From Trichinella spiralis (taxonomy: Eukaryota), in NCBI RefSeq assembly GCF_000181795.1, contig NW_003526943.1, forward strand, positions 7,213,566 to 7,277,565: a stretch of DNA of 64,000 nucleotides, read 5' to 3'. Each line of letters starts with the position of its first letter. Position 1 is the first letter of the stretch. Below are positions 43,782-64,000 of the stretch, in pieces. Made by a program: the position numbers and the translations under genes. Under the pieces are notes generated by a model, which was not told where the DNA came from, did no database searches, and saw only the letters and a list, made by a program, of their open reading frames with translations.

Positions 43782-44525
43782 GGGATGATCTACTTCGGTC
43801 CCACTCTTCACTTATTGGTCGTCGACCACGCTATTTTATTGGACCGTAAAATCTTTGTCGTATTGACTTTCCTTGCCAAATTGCTCGTNNNNNNNNNNTG
43901 TACATAACGCCGGAGCCGATTTAATGCCGCCTTCCAAGTGGTGGTTTGTATTTTATTGCTGTGTTGTATTGTATTGTATTGTATTATTTAGTTTCTTGCT
44001 TTTTCGTTGTTTCCACTTTGTTAATGCTGTTCAGTGTTGTTTATTATTGTTGTTGTTAGTGCTGTTGGCTAGTGAGAAATAAAAATCACTATTTAACTTA
44101 TTTTTTGTATTGTTTTTTCTGAATTATTACTATCGCATTTGATATAACGTCACTTTGGTACAATAAAATATAGAATAATGATAAAAATTATTTTTGGGAA
44201 TGCTGATCATGAAAAAGTGTAAACTTCACCAAAAATAATATATTTAAATAAACAAAATTTCAATGAATGACAAAACTTCAAACAAACAATAAAATTTTGG
44301 AATAATAAATTATTAATGTTACGTCACTACCATTAAAGTTACGTAATCCTATATGGAATATTTGAACCAATGAAATGAAAAAATATTACAGCTAATCACA
44401 AGGGAAAGATTTGAATCAATGAGCAATTAGACAAGGAAAACCAATAAGACAACGACTTGCCGGCCCAATAAAATAGCGCGGTCAACGACCAATAAGAGTA
44501 ACGTGGGACCGGTCTGGACCATCCC
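43782..44525. mobile_element. Non-autonomous DNA transposon-like element with long imperfect terminal inverted repeats (possibly Mutator-like), interrupted by an assembly gap
   Basis: 43782-43886 (GGGATGATCTACTTCGGTCCCAC...AAATTGCTC) is a roughly 105-bp inverted copy of 44421-44525 (GAGCAATT...GTGGGACCGGTCTGGACCATCCC), about 80% identical by eye. No clean target-site duplication. Confidence 0.7.
43889..43898. other. Assembly gap (10 N)
   Basis: Run of N characters. Confidence 1.
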
Positions 44526-45698
44526 ATCAAAAAGTATTTATTGTTAAAGTCCATGTGGCTTTTGAAACTGAAGTTGAAAAATGGTTCAACTACTGACCTA
44601 GTGGATCAACTTATCACATTATGAATAAAATATTGAAAATTATTACTTTTATAGCGAATGAAAACAAACAACTGTACACTTATTGCAGCTGCTGAATACA
44701 AATGATCAGTAAAAGCATTTGAAAATGGGTAAAATTTCTTTGAAGAACTTCCAATAAAACCAATAATAATAATAATAATAACTTGCAATAAATAATAAAG
44801 TAGGTCTTCAAAAACGGATATGAGCAAACCAATCCGAACGTAATCTCAACAAAACGCGCAGTTTAGAATAATATTTCAGAATAAAAAAGTATTTTTTTCA
44901 AAAATGTAGTCATATTCCAGACATGCAATTTTTTATTAATACGTTTAAACTTTCGCCGGAATTGTATGGCTTCTTTTCTGATGGATATTATTTTTTCAAG
45001 TGGGCTTCAAAGATGTTTCCATACGTCCCGTCCCGGAAGAGAGAGAGAGAAATGGGGTGGGGGGGGACAAAAGGAAAAAGCACACTGAGCACTGCAAAAC
45101 TTTTTGAATTTCGATAATGCTTTGCCATCAGGTTGTAGAAATAAAAAATAATCATAAAATTGAAAACACAACCGCAGTTGAAGTTTTCGCAAATTGTGAT
45201 GAAATAAACAAACAAACAAACAAACAATTCGCCGAAGCGTACGTAACGTCAAAACAATATTATTTAAAAAAAACAATTTTTTTAAAATAAATAACCAAGA
45301 AGCATGAGCCGGTAGATGACGTGGCTGATATGTGCACAGGGTGCGCATGTTGAGAGCAAAACTAACAACGAGATTATAAGGAGGAAAAAAGGGGGTCCTC
45401 TCTCTGTTCTTGTTCTTTGTTATAACACTCTTGCTCGTCGGTCGTCTGTCACAAGGTCGAGGTAAAAAGCTGAATGCGACATTTTTCTTCCCCTTTTCAG
45501 TCAGCTTCTTGGAAAAATTTTCATTCTTCTTCTTCTTCTTCATCTTTGCTCATCCGTTGGACAAAACAGCAAGGCAAACAACAAAAAAAAACATACGGGG
45601 CAAACGCTTGTCACATGCTGCTCGTTAACAAAAAAAACTATCAAAGAATTAAAGATACAATTGCAATTTTTGGCGTTTGTTTGTTTGTTGCTTGTCTA

Positions 45699-52582
<6,884 letters not shown>

Positions 52583-54223
52583 TGCGACAAAAAATTACAA
52601 TTTTAATTAACACAAGTAAGTTAAACAACGACAAATAACTTCTTGCATATATTAGTAAGTTCGCAAAACAACGCGTAAACAAATGACCTCTTTAGTATGA
52701 CAGTATGATGATAAGCAAGTATGAGAAAAGTATGATTCAAAAAGATATGATATTTAGAGTGTGAATTGTGAAAACGGAAATAATTACCAACGATAATTAT
52801 TACAAAAATCACTTTATAAAATAAATAAATAAATATAATTTGGATAACAAATTTTTCTCAAATTGTATTATGAAGCAAAAAAGCTGGTTCAGTTTTGAAT
52901 GAAAATGTTAATTTTTGCATGAAAAATTTTATGAAAAGAAAACAAACAATAATTTTACATAGATTTATAAAAGCAAAATATAAAGAAAACGCAAATTCAT
53001 TCATAAAATAATATTAGAGAAGTGAGCAATTGTGCGGTTGTGAAAATTAAGTTGTAAATTAATCGGGCAATGAAATTGCATTAGTTGCTAAAAATTTCCA
53101 TAATATTCGTTGGCATTCTTTATTAAATGCATCAGAAATGTAACTAGGACTTTCAGTTATTACGTCTACGGCAGCATATAATTTGTGCTTCCATGCAGTA
53201 AAATGAAAATATTTTGAAATATAGATAAATTATTGATAATTATATATTTTTAATAAATTTACAATTCCGTTCCCGAAGAATTATATACATATTAAACGAC
53301 TAAACTAAATATGAATATTGAAAATACCATTATTTGCACTCAGGTACAAATTGATTTACTTTTCCAAAATTTGTGTAATCGATGTATAAGAAGAGTTTTT
53401 CCAATTTGAAATATATTTGTTTCACAAGCAGATACATCAGTAGGTAAAAAGGCGTGATTTGGTGCATACGCAGCTTTGGTGCGTTAGCTCATGAAAGTAA
53501 CGTAGATTTAATTTTACATATGATGATAAATAAATAAATAGAATTTACAATATAAATAACGAAGAAAAATACAATTAAATTTTATTAGTATAATTACTAA
53601 TCAATAAGTCTGACATTTTATTGAGATCCGTTCAATTTTTGTTAATTTTTAACATTATCAATATAATCTAATCCAACATCAGAGCTACTTTTTTTTCATA
53701 AGTTTTGCTAAATTATATTTGTTTTTTCCAATATGTGTTAGTTACTAAATGAAAACTTAAAAAATCATCTCTATGTTAAAATAAATATTAGTGTACAATT
53801 ATAAAACTGTGTAAAATTGTTTCTCGCCTCCGCTGAACGTTCAAAATGATCAACCAAGGATGCGAATGAAAATATAATACTTTCAGTCGAAAAAAGAAAA
53901 TGGCAGCGCCATATGTACGATTAATTACGGTAAATGTGATAAGCTTGTAAAAATGGAAATAGCATTCAGTGAACACACAGTGATTTCACTTTTTCCAGCA
54001 ATTTGTTTCACTTTTTATCAAATGTTGTTTTGTATTGTAGCAAAGCTGTTTGGTTTTTAAACGGTTATTTGCAAATTTGGGCACAAATTGATTTATTGAT
54101 GTGCTTGATTTGTGACTTTTAAAAAGTGAATAAAAAAACAATAACATAAAGCTTCCAAATTATTAGTTTCGATTTACAAGTTTTAAATTTGCATTATTGA
54201 ATGGATTATTGGATGCTGTTTTT

Positions 54224-55360
54224 TCAGTCACGCCATGTGACCAAAACTTCATCGGTACGAAATCGCTGCGTACATTGTGACTGCGCAAGCTGCATCCTGT
54301 AACCAGAATTGTACATCAACATACCGGTGTGTGCAATCATGGCACCGTTGTCGACGCAGTATCGGTCGTCGGAGGCGTGCAATCGAGCTCCACGATCTTC
54401 GGCCATTGATCTCATCATGCTGATCAAACGACCATTACAACCGACTCCACCGACCAGTAGCACATCCTTTGAACCGCACTGGGCCATGGCGCGTTCGGTC
54501 ACTTCGACCAGCATGGCAAACACAGTTTCTTGCAAGGAAAAGCACAAATCGGCCGGCTGGATTTCGTCCCGCTTCAACAGCGACAGTTGCTGCTCCACGC
54601 TGGACAATATGCCGGAAAAGGAAACGTCCATACCTTTGACGCAGTATGGCAACTGCACGAATTTTCGCCCATTTCTGGCTTGAATTTCGATATTCAATCC
54701 GGGACTTGGATCGTTGGACAAATTGAGCAAACGAGCAAAACGATCCAAACAATTTCCCACCGCAATATCCAACGTCTCGCCGAATATCCGATATCTGTGG
54801 TCGCTGTAGGCAATAACTTGCGTATTGCCACCGCTAGCGTACAGCACTACAGGGTCGTCGGCGCCGGTGACCAGACGACCCATTTCAATGTGCGCCACGC
54901 AGTGGTTGACGCCCACCAGGGGTCGATTCCACAGTTGGGCCAAAGTGCGCGCCACAACTGCGCAGGAAACCAACGGTGCACCCATGCCTGGACCCTGGGT
55001 GAAGCAGACGAGATCGATTTGGCCAACGTCGACGTTTGCTTCACTTATCGCCTGCTCGACCAACCCAAGCACGTGCTGACGATGGTGAACCGCCGTATCC
55101 GACGGCTGGAAACCCTGGCCTGGTGCCGTGACGTACGTTCGACGACAATTGGACAACACCTCCCCCTGACGAACGATGCCAACGCCAATTTTATTCGCAC
55201 TGCCTTCTATACCGATGGCAGTAAGAGCTTTCTGAGAACAACTAAAACGCAGACAACAATCAACAGTAGCAGTATATTTTTTAAAAAATGAAAAATTATT
55301 TTTCACGCACTTCATTTCCAATCGATCCCCTTCTTGTTCCAACATCTCTTCAGTATTCAT
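54224..55360 (-). CDS. OSGEP: tRNA N6-adenosine threonylcarbamoyltransferase OSGEP/Kae1 (KEOPS complex); probable 69-nt intron at 55310-55242
   Basis: [20 protein letters not shown], metal-binding [62 protein letters not shown]. Confidence 0.96.
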   Translation of the reverse strand: MNTEEMLEQEGDRLEMKCVKNNFSFFKKYTATVDCCLRFSCSQKALTAIGIEGSANKIGVGIVRQGEVLSNCRRTYVTAPGQGFQPSDTAVHHRQHVLGLVEQAISEANVDVGQIDLVCFTQGPGMGAPLVSCAVVARTLAQLWNRPLVGVNHCVAHIEMGRLVTGADDPVVLYASGGNTQVIAYSDHRYRIFGETLDIAVGNCLDRFARLLNLSNDPSPGLNIEIQARNGRKFVQLPYCVKGMDVSFSGILSSVEQQLSLLKRDEIQPADLCFSLQETVFAMLVEVTERAMAQCGSKDVLLVGGVGCNGRLISMMRSMAEDRGARLHASDDRYCVDNGAMIAHTGMLMYNSGYRMQLAQSQCTQRFRTDEVLVTWRD

Positions 55361-55950
55361 GAAATAAGTAAGTCTTGAAAAGAGAAAAATTACTCGAAAA
55401 AATCATTCATCCACCATCGTATTCAAAAAAAAACAGATTAACATAGCTGACAATACACAGTGAGTCATACAAGAATTATCACAAATTTCAAAATGTAAAA
55501 AGGACACCATTTTTTCCTCTTTTACTACCACCTCAATCAAACTAATCATCAGTGTAAAAGTTGTACATGTGGTGCAGAAATAACTAAGAAAAAAATGAAA
55601 AGAAGAATACATTTAAAATATGACATATGGAATGGGTGCAAAGAAAAATTCTGCTGCACACAATCGATTCAAAAGTAATAAAATTGACCACAGAATTGCA
55701 ATAAAAAAAAAAGAAATCGTACAATTGGCCACGAATATTAAATCATCATTTATGACAAGGCATTGCAGAAAAGAGAAGAAAGCATAAAATCAACGTCCAC
55801 ATTATTCATCATCATCGATAATTTTCGCTTTGTACTTTTTTTTCATTTCAAATTGTATATGTCGTCAAAATTTTCGATGATGCAAAATAAAGAAGAACAA
55901 AAAATAAATGGAGAGAAATAGCGTAAAATAATCAAAAATGGCAATTTCGA

Positions 55951-57165
55951 TCAAACCAGGCCTTCAATTTTGCTCGTCTTGACATTCATGAAATAAATAC
56001 CACGGAAAACGAACAAAAGTGACAACGCGAACATCACTACAAATGAGAATTAGCATGAACAATTGAAACAACAAAAAATATATGCAGATGAAACCTCACT
56101 CACCTGCCCATGACAAGTACAAAATTGGATGGTCCACGACCGTAGTCCACGTTCCGGCCTGAAGAAGAAAAAAAGCAACCGTGTAAAAATGAGATCAGCA
56201 ATTGATTAATTGCAGCTGCTCAGAAAATACCGCAAGTCCGAAGCCGGAGATCAAAAACAGCAGACCCAAAAGAAGTAAAATCAACGCTCTAATCCAAGCA
56301 GCTCTTTGGCTAGTAGACGATCTGAAAAAAAAACAAACAAACACAATACGAAGTAGTACATTGAAGAAATTTTCAAATAAATAAACAACTGCAATTTCGC
56401 ATATATACATATAATATGCAACACTCACACTTTCCGACAATGTGGACATCTAGCCAAAGTTTTGCTCAATGTGTTGTACTGAAATTGCAAATGGAAATCA
56501 TTTCCCTGTTTACGTTTGTGAAAATATTTTCTTACCATAAAAATTTCCTTACAATGAATACAAGAAACACGAGCAGTACCGGGCGGAGCACGAACAGCTG
56601 TTCCGCTGGACATTGTATTTAGCATAATAACACGATTACTTGAATGGAATAAACAAATAAATCAATCAATCAAATGATACAAATAAAAATTGCATAAATT
56701 ACCAATCTGGCCGAGGACAAGCGATCCGATTGGATGATTGTTTGCAAATTAACAAACAATTGCACGGACATCGCACATACTTCTTTCCAGGAGGTGCTTG
56801 TCTGATTGGCTATAAAATACTGTTAAAACAACGACCACAACAACGAGACATTCACTTATTACTGTAACTTCGTTGCAATGTTTGCATCTGACAACGTTGT
56901 GCAGCAGTTTTCTTTCAATGCTGATTGGTTCCTGGCAAATCCTGCAAGTTATTGTCCGTTGGACAGGCTTCTCCGGTTTGTCTTCCACATCGGCTGTATG
57001 TTTAAAATAAGACATGCTTAATGAAACAAACAAACAAAGAAACAAACAAAAGCTATTCTCACCTCTCGGCTCATCAGGTACTGGGTCGGCCACGGACTCG
57101 TGACTATCCTGTATTAACGGAGTGTTCTCATCGACGTCCCTCGTATCCCAGCTCCGTACGGACAT
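55951..57165 (-). CDS. TMEM55: TMEM55/PIP4P phosphatidylinositol-4,5-bisphosphate 4-phosphatase family, about 8 exons
   Basis: Dileucine motif ENTPLI, CRIC...[35 protein letters not shown]5R motif [26 protein letters not shown], and two C-terminal transmembrane helices. Confidence 0.93.
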
Positions 57166-57691
57166 GTTCTAATTTTCAAAAATTCCAAAAAATTTTGAAA
57201 CTTTTCTTCCCAAAACGCATACTGTATTGAAGAAAACGGCTCAACAAGCTTCAAACGTCGGAAAAGTAGTTAAAGTCGTCAGAAGTTTGCACCAGTTGAT
57301 AAAACTATTCAAACTGAATTATTTAAATGAACACAAATGAAAAATGAACATCATCAACAAGTATGTTGCGATCATAGGACACTTCAGACAAGAATAAAAC
57401 AAAATGAAAAATTTAAACACAAAATTTACTATTTTACAAAAAATGCACTTGTACAAAATAAAGCTTCACTGTTCAAATGTGTGGAAAAAAACTGTCACAC
57501 GTGAAAATCGAAATACACTTCACGGTTATAAAACTTGGTATATTTTCATCGAAAGCATTTGCCGCATAAGTAGAACTATAAATACTTTTAAAAAAAGAAA
57601 AAAAGAAGCAGTACAAACTGCTACTATTGTAGTTAGTTCTAAAAAGCAAACAAAAAATTACAAATTCAACAAACAAACAATCTCACATTTA

Positions 57692-60600
57692 TTATACCAG
57701 TGCGTCTTGTTCTTCGAAAGATTCATCCAACTGATAATGATGCTTGCGCAGTTCTCCCAAACTTTTCCTCTCCTTTTCCAACAAGCTTTCCAACTCCAGC
57801 AAACGTATCTAGACAAAAAATTCAAAACAACAACAACAATAAATAATAAAAAAACATACAAACAACACACAAACAAATCAACAAAATGAAATAAACAAAC
57901 TTGTTTCTCCATTTCTAGACGTTTCGTCTGATGTAAAGACAATTTCGAAAAATCCATATCTTCTTCTAGAATAAATGAGAAATATGATGAAATAAAAAAT
58001 TCAAAAAATATTCAAATTCAAATTATTCAAATATATTTATTACCTTCTAAACATTCTTTGCCAACTTTGACCGTCTGCAATACTTCGGCCACGGCCCCGG
58101 ATACGGACCGACTGCAAGAGCCGAGCTCCTTGAGATAGTTGGATTCGCGGTCAGCTTTCACACGGCTCGCAACCACAAGCTGAACCGTGCTGGCGGCAAT
58201 TTCCTTCGAAGCGGCGGTCAGTTCTTCGAGCTTGGCCGCCCTGCTGACCACTCGGTCGGCCGCATCGACCAGCAGGTTGGCTCGCGAGCCCACCGCCTTC
58301 GCCGCCGACAACAAGCCTTCGGTCCACTCGTGATGGCGCTTGTAGAATTCTTTGGCCGAAACGGCCCCACCCTTCAACTGGACAATCTCATTTTGCAACT
58401 TCTTCGCGCTCACCACCAATTTCATCACTTCCTGATATTGTACACAACAAATAATATAAATAAATAAATAAATAAACAATTGCAATTTACTCGAATTAAT
58501 TTTGTGCAAGATTCCAATATTTTCTCGTTCACTTCCAACGATACTCCGCTATTCGAACAACGATTTTTATCCAATATAACCTATTGAAAAAAAAAACAAT
58601 TAATTAATGAATTATTCATAATTTGCATAAAGCACGAACTTGTATTTTCGAAGCTGCTTCTTGAATTGCTTCTTCCATAATTTTCATTTCTTTTTCATAC
58701 AGCTCTGCCAACTCTTCGGCGTCGATGTTGGAAAACATTTCACCAGCTGATTTGACCGCCAATTTCAAGCTTTCGACACAATCAGATATCGTTTGCAGAT
58801 GTAGCAAACAATTTTTCCCTCCTTCTCCTTAAACAACAATAAGAACAACATTACACTGCTGCAGTTCCACATTTTATTACATTAATATAATTATACCAAA
58901 ATTAATAAAAAATTTTTCTGCTTCGACAACAGCGTTGCTTATGTTTGCACCGAAAGCTGAAAAAGTGAAATATTAAAAAACAAACAAACAAAAAATTTGC
59001 ACAGATTACTTTCGACATTGCTGCTGCTACTAGTTGACAGGATTCGTAAAGCAGCTTGGCCAAGACGAAAGAACGTCGAAAATGAATAACACAAATTGAA
59101 CAGATTAGTCAAAACAGCTGATTCTGAAATAAAAAAGGAAAAAAATAATATTTTGCAAATAAATTAATTCAATTAATTGTTACCATCGGACAATTTTGAG
59201 CCAGATATTTTTTCAGCAACCAAACTACGCATGTTTTCAATATTTTCTTGAACCGGTTGAATTTTGGAAAAAAAATATTCTACACAAAATGTACAGAAAT
59301 GATTAATTTTTTAATTTCGTCAATTTCTCGAATTAAGACACCACACAATTATTAAAAATTAAAACTGCTGTTTTTTTTCTACCTGCTGAACAAGTCACTT
59401 GCTGCTCAAAAGCGGGACTTTCAATTTCTTTCAACGTGTCATTCATCGCATCCGATAATAATTTGCAAAAAGTCACTATAATTTTTTTCAAAACCAATGA
59501 AAAGCATTATTTCTGAAATGAAAATTGCAAATTACGAAAATGATCATTCAACATTGCGCGGTTCAGCTCGCAGTCGCGCTTCAACACTGTCAGCTGTTGA
59601 TCCAACGAGGTGATTTGCTTTTCAAGCTCCACTTTACAAGCATCCGTATCTTTGGCTTTCGATTCGAGCTGTTTGAACAAAAAATACAAATAAATAAACA
59701 ACCATTATATTTGATACAACTGAATGTACAACCTTGGCATGCTGCTCAGCCATCTGATCAATATTGATTTGCATAACTTGCATTTCTTTTTCTTGAAAAC
59801 AAACGCGAGCATGCAAATCTTCATTCTCCAATTTCAGCTGGTGGATTTCACTGGCAAACTCTTGTTCACTTTTGCACAACTCCAAAAGAAAAAAAAATTA
59901 ATACTTACTGTACAGTAGGAAAAAAATTCACCACAAAAAAATTGCACTTCTCTTCGCATACCTCAGTTTCCAATTTGTCAGCATTGCCGTCTTCAAGCTG
60001 CTTTTGAGCTTGTGAGAGATTTTTCAACGTTTTGATATGCTCCTCCCTGAGATTGCGGTATGCGTCTTTCATTTTTTGAAATTTCTCTTCCAACACGACA
60101 ATCTGATCTAAATTTCAAACCGATCCGTTCCCCAATTGTAAAGCATAACTGCATACAAAGTGAAATATTGAACAAAGAATGCAAAATTTTCAGCTCACTT
60201 TGAGTATTTTCCCTCTGTTCGTCAATCAGCTGATTTTTTTCATTTTCCAGCTGTTCATTTTTCAATCTGTACCTTTCATTTTCCTGAAGTCACCATACAG
60301 GACATTGAAAAAACAACTGCAAAAACATTGCAAACCTCAAGCATCTGATTCAACATTTCTTTCGAATGAGCTACACTTTCTTCAAGTTCCAACATCTGGG
60401 CACGACTCTGCTGATTCATCAAAGCATACTGAAATAAACAATATCACAAAACATCAAAACAACATGTTCTTTTATTCATTTAATTTCATGGAAATTGGAA
60501 AAGAAATATCCAAATAAATGTCAATAATTTTTCTTTAAACTAAATATATAAAGCGTGAATACCAAATAAATCAATCTACTTTATCTACCTCTTGATTTAT

Positions 60601-62777
60601 TCTAAAAACTGTCGCTTTCGTGTCATCCAATTCATGCCTGAGCGTATTAATTATTCGATCTCTAAATGTTTTTATTCTCTTTTATTTTTTTCATATCTTC
60701 ATTGAGATTTGTATAATAATATGAAAAAATCACTTTTCCGTTTCTTGACTTGCTGAAATACTGGACGTGATGCCGTGATCAGTTTCAACCGTCCTCTGAA
60801 AAAAAAATTATAAATCACAAACAAACAAACAAAATCCCACAGTAACAACTGAAGAAAAGTACAAAATCGTTGAAATCAACAAGTTTCACATCCTCTACGC
60901 TTTGTGAATCACTTGGTGATTCATTGCCTTGCCTTTCGTGGACTAAAACTTGTGGACATACGTAATTTCCAATGTCACTGGCGATGACAAAATTTGGAGG
61001 ATTCTACAACACATTGGAAACAATCCATATAAACAAATTGGGAAATAATCGATTTGCACACCATACTTCTGGTAGGGATGGGACGGATACTAAAAATTTG
61101 AAATACTGCAAATTACTCGATGAAGCGTAAAACTGTTTGAGCCTTGAACAAATCAAATGCTTGCACATCTCACCGTGATGACGCGTACTGTCCCACAAAT
61201 ACTTACTTTCCAAAAATAGGAATAAACCGATCGGAATGACCTACCAGTTCTTTCTCTGGGAGACCTTAAAATATTGATTTCAGAATATTTTTTTAAAAAT
61301 AACAACATAAAGTAAAAATTAAAACGCACATGCGTATAATTTGAACATCAATTTGACTAGAATATCGTAAAGCGAACTAGAATCCAATATGCACAAAATC
61401 AAAGGTGCAAGGCGACACTGGCCACTCGGCGTCATCGAACTCGCGCGAGATTTATCCAACGAATTAAATACTAGTAACAAAACGTTTACAATTGCAATGA
61501 TTTTAATTTCAATTTATCAAAAGTAAAATTGAACCTACCAGATTGTTGTAGTTGCAAAATCGCATCCAAATAGTCCATCACTTCAACGGACAGTTCAAAC
61601 CAATTATCCACGCCTTCACTGCCCAGTGCTTCCAATTGGCTTTCCGTCAAACTCACATTTCCAGGTATCTGCTGATTCTACAATAATACAACACAGATCA
61701 CATTAAATATTACATTTGATTAAAAACTTTTAAATGAAATGAAAAAAATATACAATAAAATATTTATATATATGAGAGCACTCACATGTTGATGGAAAAT
61801 AAGCTTCTTAACCAACACTGCACAATAATGTTTGATCAGCATACCACCTCCTTCTTTCAGATGACCCTTAAATGCAAATGAAATATGTAAAACAATAAAT
61901 AAAACCCAATTTATAAATAAATAATTTTAAATTACCCATAACTGACCAAGCGCTGACAACTTGCTCACATATTTCAAGGAATCTGTGAGAACCTGTAAAA
62001 TAAAACAATTTTCATTTTATATGGAAATGCAAAAATACAAATATTATTCGCAATTTTGCCGGTTACGTGCGGCTCGCCGTCGCGGAGAAGTTTGTGTAAA
62101 ACGTGACAAAATTTCCAACTTATAACCAAATTACTTTCTAGCTGAATTTTCGTCAAATTGGCCCAGAACAACCCAGCACCACGATCGTTATAAGTACCAA
62201 GAATCAGTGCTAAATATGATTTTACTTTGAACAAAAAAAATATTATAAAATTCAGAAAAAAAATACCCACTTACTTCGTAGATGCTTTTCTTTCACCGCA
62301 CATTCTTGAGCATTTATGCATTTCAAAAGGGCAGCTGACTGAAATATATAAGCATCGAACAGAAATTATCATCAATAATTATTATTTGCATTTTGTAAAA
62401 ATTTTAAGTTAAACAATAATTTCATATTCTTATCAATGTTAAACTTCCGTAAAGTGAAGATGTAAATTAGAAATTTTTCAAATATATAAATAATATTCAT
62501 AAAGTAAATTCTAGTGTTGTACTATTAATAATTGAACTGGTAAGACAATACCAAACTTGCGTTCATTTAATACAGTAAGATAAGTAAAAAAACAACAACA
62601 TTAACATTAAGTAGTTCAATACAGAAGTGAACTATTTTTTCTTTAAATATAATTTAAAACATTTAAATAGAAGAAACTGCTGACAATTCAAACCTGCAAC
62701 TTTTCATACTCTTCACGATCCATCATCATCGTGCTTGGTCGACGTAGAAGGTTTTTTGGAATATTTGCAGCTGTCAT
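57692..62777 (-). CDS. hipr-1: Huntingtin-interacting protein 1/HIP1R (Sla2 family), many exons
   Basis: ANTH domain: VKEKHLR|TLILGT...WKFCHVLHKLLRDG and GQCRLAPLI. Central coiled coil. I/LWEQ (THATCH) domain: EFYKRHHEWTEGLLSAAKAV...EIAASTVQLVVASRVKA, DFSKLSLHQTKRLEMEKQ|IRLLELE...LGELRKHHY. ATG at 62777. Confidence 0.94.
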
Positions 62778-64000
62778 ATCACAGAACGGCGTTAATCATT
62801 GGTGCAACACTTATCTAAACAACAGCTAGTGTTAACAAACATAAAATGAAAATTTTCATTTATCGATTCTTAAACTCTTTAAATATCACGTGAAAATTAA
62901 GTAATTAGAATTTATAACACGTACAGAAGAATAGTCTAAAAGAAGATATACACGAAATGGAATGATTTATTGCATCCACATCAGGAATTGTTTCCTATTA
63001 AAGCAGACTGGACAAAATGCTGATTTCAAAACTGGTTGTTAAAAGTTGTAATATATGCTGATCACTATCACATGCACCCAAGAACAACTCTAATAGCAGT
63101 TACTGAAAATAGAAAGACAAATCAAGCAGTTCTAAAATATAAAAATTACTAAAATTTTAATTGAAATGGTAGAATACTATTACCCACTGGTGGAATTTTT
63201 GAGAAAAACAGTAACAAAAATATTGTTGAAACATTCCCTTTTTCTTACGTTTTCAAATGCTGCTAACAGTCTGATGCTAATAAAATAATTCTTTTACGTA
63301 ATATTATACGATACTGAGAATTTAATAAAAATAAAATTAAAGTTTTAAAAAATTTTAATCTTATATATCTGATAAATTTCTATTATCAAACTGTACAAGT
63401 TATGCATTATAAAGAAATTTCAGAATACTTAATTTCCGGTCAACAGACGTAGTTATTTTTCAAATAAAATATTGCACACTTCGAAACATTCATCATATAA
63501 ATGTAAATACATCCATCTGCTTTCACATATTCCAATTTAAATGGCATATAAATATATCTTAGTTTTTGTTGCCAACTGTACCTTCACCTTCTTCAGAAAA
63601 AATGACGGAAGATGCTATTTCTCAAAAACTGAACATATGAAAATGTGATTTTTCTTTGCATAAATTATCGAGTGCTGATAACTAGAATACATGCAAAATG
63701 TTCCTTATTGTAAAGTAATAATGAAGTTCAATTGCCATTACGCTTACTGTATTTTATTAATCATTCATTCTAGAAGTAATGATATAAAAAATTTTGATCT
63801 TTTAAAATTTGTGAAAGATGTAAATTTTTACTTATTTTATTTCAGCTTTGTTAAGATTTAAAGTCAATCAAATTTTTAGCAAATTTTGCTTAATATAACT
63901 TTAAAAATGCTAACATATCATAAACAAAACATAAAAATTCTATAAATAATTTAATTATAATTTTAAAAATATATTTTACAAAATCAGTGTTCTTATAAAA

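Overview
This is AT-rich eukaryotic genomic DNA with many short GT-AG introns, TTTCAG/TTTTAG-type acceptors, microsatellites and one 10-N scaffold gap. It looks like a nematode, possibly a clade I species such as Trichinella, but that is inference from sequence style and is unverified. Most six-frame ORFs are exon fragments, so I spliced the genes by hand. From left to right: DCAF15-like (-), Rab35 (+), an orphan secreted/GPI-like glycoprotein (-), eIF3h (-), a truncated chimeric BEL/Pao LTR remnant, a SWAP-70/DEF6-like PH protein (-), PEN-2 (-), Rab30 (+), CaMKK (+), an orphan protein with a basic-less HLH-zipper and Fbw7-type degrons (-), a 33-bp minisatellite, a long-TIR DNA element, and a co-oriented (-) block HIP1R - TMEM55/PIP4P - OSGEP/Kae1 - MTMR3/4. 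The most interesting observations are the putative operon-like phosphoinositide/endocytosis block, the HLH-ZIP orphan with a GC-rich, hairpin-dense island in its intron, the SWAP-70 and DCAF15 homologs that only appear after splicing, and the orphan surface protein. No rRNA, tRNA or CRISPR array was seen. All protein-family calls rest on motif comparisons from memory; no database search was run.
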